DNA of 63,455 nt, the filler included, from Octopus bimaculoides (Eukaryota), in assembly GCF_001194135.2 (NCBI RefSeq). It is 4 parts of 4 records of this genome, joined end to end, with 100 filler letters (N's around TTAATTAATTAA, not from the genome) between each part and the next. Parts side by side here need not be neighbours in the genome. Positions count along the whole stretch, not along the records: positions 1 to 30,520 come from NC_068998.1; 3 more parts are not named here. One strand, given 5' to 3'. The notes under the pieces were generated by a model. It saw only the letters and a program-made list of their open reading frames with translations, ran no database searches and was not told where the DNA came from. The translations under genes were made by a program, and so were the position numbers. Each line of letters starts with the position of its first letter. Position 1 is the stretch's first letter. Shown here one piece after another: positions 11,479-23,202 of the stretch.

Positions 11479-14400
11479 CGTGTGTATTATTATTCGTACT
11501 AGCTGAAGATGACTTTTCGCTTCTATTTCTTTTTTTCCTAAAGTTGTTAATTGTTTATTTTGTTACAAAATACTTGTAAAAACCACCACAATCGCATAGG
11601 CTTGGTTTGTATCTCTTTGGGAGCTCAATTTCGAAAATAAAATTTTCCTCTTATATTGGAAAAAATGATCTTATAGATAATTATGGCGTCGACTGCCCCG
11701 CTAAGAGACATGGAAAAGGAAGTAAGAGGTAGTTTTGACAATGATTCGCAAGATAAGTTACAGTCCTTCGATTCTCAAATGGAAGAGAAAATGAGGACTT
11801 ACCAAGTTCAAAGTATAGTGGACCACACTACCACTATCAAAAGAAATGGCAGCAACAACAACGACAACACAGCACGAGAATTTAATTTTCATTCCCCGCA
11901 ATAAATGAGACAACACCAAAGACATCAACTAATAGCGACAACAATAAGAATACGAGCGCAAGCTCAGAACAGGAACCCCGATCTAACAAAGATCTTAGTA
12001 GGGTAATAGCTTAAGAGAGAGGCTGACCATACTTTGTAGGGATTCATACTTTGTAGGTCGATATAATTGGCTATGCCCATCCCACAAAATTTCAGGCCCT
12101 GTGCCAATGGTAGAAAGGATTATTATTATTAATTTATGAAAATAGGTGTTACTCTTCAACGAAGGTAAGTAAACAACAAGAAGAGCACGATGTGATTTGT
12201 AATAAATAACGATTACCACTGTTTATTGAATAGAAAGAGCTGAACAATATTTCGACAGATTGTCTGTCTTCTTCGCGTCAAAGTGTAAAATGAAAAGAAC
12301 GTAGAAATAAAGAAATTCAAAATATATACGGGAATAACCTTCGTTCATTTTTAATTAAATGATGTCATCGGTTTTCGCTTTTCATAACCAGTAACAAGGA
12401 AAAAGAAAAAACGAAAAAAAGTGAAAAGAAAACAGGCAAGGGAACTCGTAGCCCAAGTTTTGTGTACATGTGATGCAATTCGTCATTTTATTCATTCCTC
12501 CAGGGCATGCGGTTAACAATCACAAATATAATCGTCCGCATGCGTTTTGAAGAGTGAAAGTATAGTAGAGTCAGAATATTTTCTGAGTATGTGCGGTTTT
12601 AGGTGTTCTTCAAGATTACAGGAGTTTGATGCAAAATTTTCGGTAAGTTCCATCGAACTACTGGTATTGTGACAGACGTCATACCTATGCCCATTGTATA
12701 TTTAATTGTTCTGTTGTTCAACCAACATAATTCAAAGCACCAAACACAACTTGATTTGTGTTGGTTGCACAACAGAACAATTAGAAACCATTGTTACTTT
12801 CAGTAAGAGTAAATTGTTGAAACAATACTACTTTGACTCAAAATTAAGTAGTTCTTCATAAGTACACAGCTAGAGAGAGAACGGGGAGAGAGAGAGATGA
12901 TTATAATTTTGTGGGAGAAGGCACTTGCCCTCAATAGCGGAGTTGACCTCGGATCTACAGAGTACATTGTCGGTTGTCATTCAATGACAATACTATTGTC
13001 CTGTATAATCTTACAACCGAAACAAAAAAGTGGGTGTGGTATCAGATTTCAAGTAAATACGTGCGTTATTTCTGTTACATTTCGCCAATTCGCTTTCCTT
13101 TTCTTTTCTTTCTTTTTGTGATAGATAAGTGAACTGGAGAAACAGGTCTTTAAAAAAATGTGCCTTGTCAGTGTACTAAAAATCTCAGAAGATTGAGCAA
13201 AGACTTATGACAGCAGATGAGATAAGTGCGCGCAAGATATAACTTATCGCAAAATGTTGTAACCTGAGATATATACAAGACATGTTTATTACGAGTAATC
13301 ATTAGTAGCAGCGACAAATTGTGAGTATAGTAGATTTTGGTCTCCTCTTCGAGGGACATATTCTTCCACAATACAACAGCAATGTTCGATATTCAGAATA
13401 AATGTTGTTTTTTGTCTTCAAGTATTTAGTCTGAATGTGATGTCCTATTTCACTTCTGTTCGTTCTGAACCTAAGCCCGTGCTGTCCAAACTAGATTCTG
13501 AACACAACAAGCCAAAACTGAAGTCAGCCATGTCGGACTTGAGATATATATATATATATATATACCATGCTAACTATAGTAGAAGAAATAAGTTTGTAGG
13601 TTTGCACCTCGGAACATATGCTGATCAGTTGTGTGGTTAATTTGCTCGAGATTTTGTTCACAACAGACTTCTGAAAGGTGTAGAAACTGGGACGACGTGA
13701 AAAGAGGTAGCTAATTTCACTCAAAATAAAACTGAAAGCGTGAGACAGAAAGAGAATGAGAGACATTGAAAAATAAAGAAAGTGAGACATCGTACAAACA
13801 TTGATTTGTAAATAGTGAATGCCTAAAACGCTTTAATTGTGTATAGTAGCATAGCGGTCATGCCATATTTTTACATGACCTGACCAAACTTAAGTGCCTG
13901 CTTTCTTAAAAAATTTCCTTTGGAGAAGATATTCACTTAATTCATTTACTGGTAACGCTCTTTCATAATCATGGCTAATTATGTGAAGCTAATCACTTTT
14001 ACTATACCACCTACATGAACACCTGGGTAGTACATATATCCTCACTATTTGTCTGCCGTGCAATCTCACATCCCAAGTACAGCCAGATGTTTTTATTTCC
14101 CTTCTATTGGGTCAGATTGGTCTCACTGTCAACCGAATTCATTGCGAGGAACGCATTTAAAGGAAATGGAGGTACGGGCGGTGTTCTATTCAGTGCTTAG
14201 GATAAGAAAGATAATGTAGCAGACGAGGCTGAATGGGCTTCTAGTGCAACATAAGTAGGTAAGGGGAGGAGAGTTGTATTACTTCCAATAAATGTTATGA
14301 AATGTGAGCTACATCAACGAAGTTACAATGGCGGGGTGTCGAGCTTTCAGCTTTGTTTATGGAATAGAGAGCGTATACTTTGATCGCTGTGTCTTCGGAT

Positions 14401-14682
14401 GTTTTGGATTTATCCTATTCGCAGTTTTTGAGTATTACATACTTTTGGTGGACGGCATATGAGTTTTTTTTTTTATTTTACATATATGTGTATATTTGTG
14501 TGTATAAACATATTTGTGTGTACAAATATGTAATATGCAAAAAAATATAATAATATAAATTCGATTAAGATAACGAAATGCAGTTGAACAGATGTGCGAT
14601 GGGAGTATATGGTTACCAATAATGGATAAAGTAATTTAGATGTAGCGAGCTTGATCAACCACTAGAAAGTAATGTAACAGAA

Positions 14683-14840
14683 ATGGCTGTGCAGTCAAGA
14701 ATCTCGCTTTGCAGCCACGTGGTTTCAGGTTCAATTCCACAGCATAGCACCTTGGGCAAGTGTCTTCTATTATAGTCAAGAGCTAATGAATGACCTGTGA
14801 GTAAATTTAGTACGCGGAAATTGTATGGAAGCCTTTCATG
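14683..14840 (+). mobile_element. SINE family A head
   Basis: ggttcaattccacagcatagcaccttgggcaagtgtcttctattatag, followed by (TG)/(TA)n. Confidence 0.75.
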
Positions 14841-14852
14841 TGTGTGTATATA

Positions 14853-14909
<57 letters not shown>

Positions 14910-16214
14910 ATATGTATATATATATGCGTATAAGAAGGGATGACCCCTAAGTGGACATCCAATATACTAGAAAGAGGTCATCAACGACCCAACCACAAAG
15001 AAAAATAATGTTCTCCAGAAAAAAAATTCAGCAGACACCAGAGCATAGGCGGGCAAGACAAAATGAAAAATATACAAAATAAATTAATCATGTACCGGTT
15101 TCGCCATCAACTTTTTTTCTGACGTAAATACGTCCGTGGTTCGTCAGCCGATGCCATACCATACTACTACTCGCTAAATCAATTTTTGTGATAGTATTGT
15201 TTATTTCTCTTATTAAGCCAGTTTCACGTCTTACATAAAAGAATACAGAGTTGGCCCGTGTGGAGTCTGCTACAGGCACCCATCGTGCTCGGTTGGGATG
15301 TTATGGGACAATATAATGTTTAACTTTAAGAAGGATAGATGAAAGAAACCAATATCTGCAGAAATAGTGCGGCCGTTTGCCGGAATGCGTAGACTTAGCT
15401 TAACTATCTAAAATGAATTTTACTACTCGTAAGTTTTGAGTTACATGTTCAAATCCAGACGATGTTTCCTCATAAATTGAATGACTCGTGATATCTAGAA
15501 TCAATGAAACCATAAGGAGCAATTTATTGATGTTAAGCATTTTGGCTACTGACAATCTTGTAGGATTTAACTTGATAACATAGACGAACGGATCAATGGC
15601 TTGGAAAAACAATCAGAAGCAACGAGAATTAAGATAATCATATTTCTAAATAACTCATTATGAATTTGGTTTGTAGATGATTGTCTGTAGTGTACCTTTG
15701 AAATAAGTATGTGAGTGCTGCATGTATTCATGTGTATATGTATCTACATCTGTATGTGTATATGCATGAGTGTTTATATGCCAGTGTGTGTGCATATGTC
15801 TGCATGTATGACTGTGGTTTCTGTATATTCTTCTGTATGTGTCTATAAGTACAGGTTTATGTATAAGTAGATATGAGCTTACGTTTGTGTGTTTATGTAT
15901 GTTATGTATATGTTCTTACATAAATTCATGTGTATATCAGTGTGTGCTTGAGAGAGAAAGAAAGAGCGCGCGTATTTGTGTGTGTGTGTGTGTGTCTGGA
16001 TTCATGTGTTCATTAAAACGTGTGTTTCAAAGATAACAGTTGTTGTTCACTTCATCAAGAATGCATCAAGATTGTATTCAGTAATTATCGAAGTTTTATT
16101 TTTTTCCTTTCAGATTAAATTAATAAAACAATAAATTCTCCACAACCGAGATGCATTCATCAAAGAATAAGGAGTGAATGAACTGATATAGTCATAATAA
16201 TCATCACTTCTATT

Positions 16215-16400
16215 ATAAACACAAGGCTTCAGATCTGGGGATTGAAGTTATTCGATTAAATCAACCTCTGCACGTAACACACACTTTATTTTATCGAACC
16301 CGGAAGGACGAAAGGCAAAGTTGGCTTTAGTCAGATTTGAAATCAAAATGCAAAAAACAGAAATTAATATCGCAAAGCTTTTGATCTGACACTGTAACGG
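16215..16400 (-). mobile_element. SINE family B, degenerate
   Basis: ttttatcgaacccggaaggacgaaaggcaaagttggc is the reverse complement of the family B core. Confidence 0.65.
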
Positions 16401-16409
16401 TACTGGCAA

Positions 16410-16535
16410 GAGAATAATAATAATAATAATATTAATAATAATAATAATAATAATAATAATGATAATGCAGTTAGCAAACCCGCTACGCATGTAAGACTTC
16501 AGGAGCTAAAGAAAAAACTGTGATAAAAAGAAATG

Positions 16536-16569
<34 letters not shown>

Positions 16570-16645
16570 CAATGATGACGGATGACAATGATGATATGAT
16601 GATGATGATAATGGCGACGACGACGGAGAAGAAGAAGAAGAATTT
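16410..16645. repeat. Compound (AAT)n/(GAT)n/(GAC)n/(GAA)n microsatellite
   Basis: Visible directly in the sequence. Confidence 0.9.
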
Positions 16646-16779
16646 TTCTTTCTTTATCAGCAACAAAGACTGCGAAAAATATTTACACCACTACAAGGAG
16701 AAAGGACATTGGCGTTTTTCATAAACACATGTAAAAATATGCAATAACAACCATTTAACATGAAAATCACAGCAAAATT

Positions 16780-19440
16780 CCTCAATAGGGGTGAATGCTA
16801 CTTAGGGGCTACCAAGGAATTCAAAAGGTCCTGCGTCAAACCTGCTCATCGGGAGCACCATAACAAGTGCTCTTCTATGCTCCATGATTTTCAGCCTGCT
16901 GGCGCCTGCTCAGAAAAGGTTCACCCATCAGAGGCACTCATGCTGTTTTCAGCTGACGTTTTGCAAATTTATTGGCATCATCAGTAAGAAAAGTACCTGT
17001 TAAGTCCACCACACAACCTCATTCACTATACTTAATAAACATGCGCTAAAGTATGGGCGCTTCGCGGCCAAAGAAAGGCGGCAAATTGATCTTCACAAAC
17101 GGAGCCGGCTGGTGGTCGGATCCGAGCGACATGTGGCAGCAGCTGTTCGACATAACTCTCTAAGTCAGCAATGCTCGAATACATTAAGAGCGCATGCGGC
17201 ATAGTTTCGTCGCATATCTGCGCACATATAGAGCAGACCCCACTGACGATCCTACCATGCCTGTAAAATTCATTCAGAACTGATAAATTCCCACCGATAA
17301 TGCTGCCAAGTTAAATATTTCTGAAAATTATGCATGGGACACGACCTGAAAGTCCTTCGGCACACACAAGCTAGTTGATTTTCAGCACCACTGAGTTTCC
17401 CCAAAGATGTCATTGCTCTTAACCAATCGTCTATATACCGTCGTGTTGGCCTATCCACCGACCGCATTGCTCGACTGACAAAGGGCTGTCGACAATCGTG
17501 GTACCTTGTGCGTAGTCTCGGTATACCGAGACAAAGTATAGTGACATCAGCAATCTCAAAGAGAGAGAGAGAGAGACAGAGAGCTGTAACAGGAAAATGT
17601 GTCTAACAGCTACCACATCTGCTTACCATCAAGGAAACACTGGAGATGTTGGAGCCACAGCACATGCTAACTACAACTGGAACGTTTGGACATACGGACG
17701 GAACACGTCCCTTCCTAAAAAATGGAAGCGGAAGCGTTCCGTTCTGGTCAGTCCTGAAGCGGAACAAGATACAACTGTCAGGCGGTTACAGATGATATAC
17801 GCAATGTATTCATTCACCACCATTGCGTGTCCTTTCTGATAGTTTCCTCTCACCCTATTTCTGAGACTAACTACCCTGCTCGTCACATCTTGACAATTCT
17901 TGTCCACCTAAAGTTACGGAACAAACGGACCTCTAGAAATTTAACCGTTCTGCCCGTCCTATTCTCCACAACGTTACTGGTTAAATTCTTTTGTTCCTGT
18001 CACCGCTTCGTATTCCATTTGAGAAGTACTGATCACTTCAATGAGTTTGGTGTCCGTCTGTATAAACAACAACGGATCTTCCTAGTTCTTGAAAGATGTC
18101 TCTCGAAACCTCTAACTTCAGCGGGAGTGGTTCTAAGGTGAGTACGCATGGAAGGGAAGAGAGGGGAGACCATTAACGGACAGAAAGCATGATATTGAAC
18201 TATTTCGACAAGTAGCCATTTGTTCTGACCACCGAGAAAATGTCCAGCTTCTAAAGACTGGCCCAAAACCAGCTTCCTGCAGGAAAGCTGCCAAATACCT
18301 ATGGATGATCTTAGCGAAAACTTTCGACTGATCTAAATTGATAAGATCCCCACTCATGTCAGGTTATTTTCCCACACTTTCTGTGATGTATCCTGCGAGG
18401 TAGAGGCTGCCGAAATTAGATCTATTCAGTATGCTGCATGACTGTATTTCAACGACCAGGATATCGACAAGCGCCAACCTCTTCGCTAACACCCTGGCCA
18501 AAATTTTCAACTCTGCATTTCACAGAGTTACAGGCCTGGTGAGAAAATACTAACAAATTTATTTTAGCAGTATTTGTTATACTCTATTGCCAAGAGGCCT
18601 TTGAACAGGTCTGACATACGAACATAAGGCTCGTCGGGCAGATCATGCAGCTCCGGCAACATCTCCTGCGTACAGCCTTCCATCGCTTTCTGAATTTTGT
18701 TAGCTTTTAGAAAACTTTTGCACCTCTATCCGAGATCCACGGACCACCAACAACATAGACGGTAAAGCCCACCCCGTCTCCGATCAACTGTCCACCTCAC
18801 ACAGTTAATTGAAACGCCAATGAAAATCCGCACACATTTGCTTGGAATTGTGACTTTTGTCGACACATTGCACCTCTGACTCCAGGATCCATCAAATGGT
18901 TTTCTTTCCCTCATGTATTTGCGTACGCGTCCTAACTCTGACAAACAACTTTCGTGCTTAACATCAAAGAACTGGACAACGGCTAATCTTGTCACCTGCA
19001 CGCCAGCCACAATGCTTTTCCAAAGAATCTCTTCTAGATTACTAACTGGATCTCTCTCTCTTTGCTCCGGAATACGTCATCACTATTTTCAAACCAAAGC
19101 TTATCGATTGTAATCTAATGGCCCTTTCCAGGGCGAAGTACCCATCGGCTTCGGTCCGTGAAAGCTTGGTGCGCCAAGAAAGACGCATTCAGTAACTGAA
19201 TCTCTGTCTATTCAACCATACAACTTACACATTTTTGGTTTGTATAACTGACTACTTTGAATTGGGGACAACCTGTGCAAGCCCTGTCTACCACCCTACA
19301 GAATATTCTACCTGGATACAATCTGGATAACCCAGTACTGTTTGTCTACGTACATGCAAGTACTTTCGGGAAATCTAGTCGGTACTTGTCAGCCACTTGG
19401 AAAGATTAAGCAAATTTCTGAGGTTTCTGCACCAGGTTCA
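16780..19440 (-). mobile_element. Decayed Tx1/L1-clade LINE ORF2 (end of APE endonuclease, RT, C-terminus)
   Basis: Minus-strand translations: LINLDQSKVFAKIIHRYLAAFLQEAGFGPVFRSW (cf. LDQEKAFDRV.H.YL...L...GFG..F..W), NAELKILARVLAKRL, AMVVNEYIAYIICNRLTVVSC, TRLAVVQFFDVKHESC. Many stops and frameshifts. Confidence 0.88.
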
Positions 19441-20376
19441 GGCAACATCTACAACATTTCCGTTTTCTATCTCTCTCTTAAGCGTTAAACTAATGACAGT
19501 TTGCTCAAGCTATGATCTTTCGTCAAGATTCTTTCTGTCGCTTATTTGAAATAGCCTCAGATTAAGACATTAATGTGCATATCATTAAGAGAGATGACAT
19601 CTTTAGTTAACTTCGAGTATTTCCCCCTCTATTTATTTTGTTTAATTCAACTACATACATGTTCCTTCTATATGGATGTTACCTATGACTTTCAGCCTTG
19701 CATAATATTTGAATTTTATAAAATGAAGTTTGTCGTGAGCGAATTTTTCTGGCGAAAATACCATATGGTTAAAGTTTTTTTCATTTCTAACCTTTTCAAA
19801 ATGATCAGTGTTAGAGAACTCGACATATACAGTCTAAAAAGCATATTCTACCCATTGATATTTTAATCTGATGCTATTCCAAGTGAATATAGAAATTTAA
19901 CCTAAGCTAGGCTATGCCCCAAACAAAACAGCATATGTGTTATTCACGTATACTGGAACGAAAGTCCGATTTACACCAGAATGACAGGGAGTATCTGACA
20001 CTGAGAAGGCCAAGTCAAACAGAAACACTGTCATTTGTCGATGCGCTACCGTCATTCTGAATGACCTGCGTTATTAACACACAAAACCTTTTAAGACAAG
20101 TCTCTCTGAGACAAAATATCACAGTTAGCGCCATTCTGCTTTTGTATGTACATTGTAGATGTTATTTTATTTTAAACTAATGTTTAAACTAATAACTTAT
20201 GTCATTTTAAACTAATGCTTTTTCCAGTGCGTATATTGGTTTAACTTAATATACTATTTTGAATCAATACTATATGTGTATACTCACACACACGCGCATA
20301 TAGATATAGATATAGATATTTATGCATACATACATATATGTGTGTGTGTGTGTATGTGTTTGTATGTGTATGTATG

Positions 20377-20414
<38 letters not shown>

Positions 20415-20569
20415 TGTGTACGAATGCCATTAAATTTCCTCGCAGGCCTGACAACTAATACATGGAGTATGAAAAGTATAATGAATTAATATAAAGTTAT
20501 TTCGTATATTCAAGTGTAGCTAGTGCATACATGTATTTGTGAATGTGTGTGTGTGTGCAAGTGCGTGTG

Positions 20570-20613
<44 letters not shown>

Positions 20614-20623
20614 NNNNNNNNNN

Positions 20624-20671
<48 letters not shown>

Positions 20672-21174
20672 GCCATGAAACAACCAAGGAGAGGTAGTAG
20701 TATTAAATTTAAAGTTTAAAACAGCTTTATTGTACAGCTTTATATAACGATAAGTTTACGTGGGTATGTATCATATTGGAAAACAAAACAACAAAAAGCA
20801 GCGAGATGCTACAAAAATGACTATTAAGAGGAGAAAAAAATATATATTGTAACTCTGGCAAAAAAAAAAAATCGCCACATCAAGACAAAGGGAGAGACGG
20901 ATTTCTAGTGGGAAAATTCGAGTTTCAAAGAGGATTATGTATATCTGATGAGAAAGGGAAAATAGAACTGCCTGGAGAAATATGAAGTCTGAAGGAGAAA
21001 ATTACGTCTCCTGTAAAAATGATAGATCTGCCGGTTGAAAGGTAGAGTTGCTACAAATCTTGATATAATACAGGGAAGAGAGCAGGTTCGAAAAAGCGAA
21101 AATTCTGTGAAGATTGCGCGGAGAAAGTTTAGGAAAAATAGGGTTGGTAATAGAACGGGATATATGCAGCGTAG

Positions 21175-21868
21175 GGATCTATTTTAAAACGGGGGCCACA
21201 GTTTTCATTAATGTTTTACGTAGTGTTTTTGGTACCGAAAGACTTTCAAACTTCGTATACTTATCTATTTTGTATTATAGAACGGAAAAATATTTTTGTA
21301 TTCGAATTTATTTCATGTAAAAAATTGTCTTATTTCGATAATTTCAGTTGTTTATATTTACTCCTTTGGTTGATTAAGCGGTGTAAAGCGTATTTAATCT
21401 CCATAACTTCTGACATTTGCAGAGAAGCAATTTGCTTTTTTCATTTTCTTTTTTTTCTTCGTTTTATTTGCTTTTTTTCTTTTTAAATTTGCTGTTTTAC
21501 CCTAACCCTAACCCTAACCGTAGGGTTAGGGTTAGGGTTAGCCTATAATAGAAAGGTTTATTAGCTACTGCCAATATGCTTCAGCCATTTTTTGACAAGG
21601 AAATAATAATTTTTATCACCGATAGAATTGTTTCAGAATTGTTTGTTTATGTAGTCGGCACTTAATGTATATCGGCTGAATGGACGTCAGTGATTGGTTG
21701 AAATTACAGAAATACGACAACTTTAACAGGGAATAACTTAGGGATTTCTTTTTTTTTTTTAAGAAGACTAAGAGAAAAAGATGTTTTATATGACACATTC
21801 TACCAGTGTTCCAAGTTTCAAAGTGTTTCGTTAAGAAAATACTGTGGCCCCCGTTTTAAAAAAGATCC
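21175..21868. mobile_element. Non-autonomous DNA transposon (MITE) with GG-terminal TIRs and 8-bp TSD (Merlin-like)
   Basis: TIRs GGATCTATTTTAAAACGGGGGCCACAGT / ACTGTGGCCCCCGTTTTAAAAAAGATCC. Identical flanking 8-mer CAGCGTAG at 21167-21174 and 21869-21876. The second copy ends at GATCC, confirming the terminus. The superfamily call is inference. Confidence 0.85.
21500..21537. repeat. Inverted interstitial telomeric repeat, (CCCTAA)n-ACCG-(TTAGGG)n
   Basis: CCCTAACCCTAACCCTA (21500-21516) and TAGGGTTAGGGTTAGGG (21521-21537) form a perfect 17-bp stem with a 4-nt loop. Confidence 0.9.
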
Positions 21869-22790
21869 CAGCGTAGTATTATTCTGAGAATAATACAGTT
21901 ACTCGGTAAGTGGTAAACAACTGTTGCAGAAAATAGAGTTTGGAAAGGAACACCATAGATTTAGAGATATACGGAGAGGAGTTGGGTGACAAGCCATCAA
22001 GTGTATGAAAGTAATAACTTTTCAACTTTTTGAAGAGTAAGTATAGAGACGACTGACTGGTTAGGAAGTTGAGAATAAAAGAGTCGCAGCTCCTTTAGTG
22101 AACATTTCACAAATAACGTAGGAGCCACATTATATAAAGTGGAAATAAGATTAAACATTTGGAGTATTTCTTCGGGCGATCACTTTCTTTCCTGTTCAGC
22201 AGAGTGGCTCCTACTTGCCTAAAGTTTCTCTTCATATTTGCGAGTTGAGTTGCAAGTGTGATTCCTATTTCAGACCACCCTCTAGGAAAAGTCATGTAAT
22301 AATCACATCAACCATCTGTAACCATCTCCCACCACTTCTATCATTCACGCCGCTCCCCCCCTCTATGACGGAGATAATTTGCCAACTTAATAGCAAGGTA
22401 TTCTTACCTCCCACAATGAAACGATCAACTATAGTCAGCAGGAATACAATATTTATATTTGCTGCTATTGAAGTAGAGAGAGAGAGGGGGGGAGAAGAGA
22501 GAGAGGGGGAGAAGAGAGAGAGAGAGAAGATAGAGGGTAGGAGAGAGAGAGGGAAGATGGTGAGGGCTGGTAAGTGTGGATGATAAGGAAGTGGATAGTG
22601 ATAACGATCATTTTGACAAGAAAGGGAGGCGATGGTGTTTTGAGAATCGGGCGAGGCGGAGTGGTGGAAGTGGGAGCATAATTGCTTTGGGTGAAATTGT
22701 TTAGCCCCATATCAGACATGATTGCACAAATTTATGATCAAAGGCGCGCCAGTCGTGATCTTACCGTCTTGTTGTACATATTCTTTTACA

Positions 22791-22972
22791 CTTTTATTTT
22801 TTTACTTGTTTCAGTCATTTGACTGCGGCCATGCTGGAGCACTGCCTTTAGTCGAGCAAATCGACGCCAGAACTTATTCTTTGTAAGCATAATGATTATT
22901 CTATCGGTTCTTTTGCCGAACCGCTACATTACGGAGACGTAAACACACCAACATCGGTTCTCAAGCGATGTT

Positions 22973-23053
<81 letters not shown>

Positions 23054-23202
23054 CGACGGGCTTCTTTCAGTTTCCGTCTACCAAATCCACTCACACGGCT
23101 TTGGTCAACTCGAGTCTATAGTAGAAGGCACTTGCCCAAGGTGCCACGCAGTGGGACTGAACCAGGAACCATGTGGTTGGTAAGCGAGCTATTCCTGCGC
23201 CT
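22791..23202 (-). mobile_element. SINE family A, full length
   Basis: Tail acttgtttcagtcatttgactgcggccatgctggagcac, internal (CA)n, head ...gcccaaggtgccacgcagtgggactgaacc...ctcctgcgcct (small deletion in the head). Confidence 0.92.

Noticed and set aside
13437-13545. Protein-like frames on both strands (FTSVRSEPKPVLSKLDSEHNKPKLKSAMSDLR)
   Set aside because: No usable donor site, the frame runs into (TA)n, and there is no recognisable homology.
21500-21537. Chromosome end-to-end fusion scar
   Set aside because: The orientation is (CCCTAA)n then (TTAGGG)n, opposite to a fusion, and it lies inside a TSD-bounded MITE.
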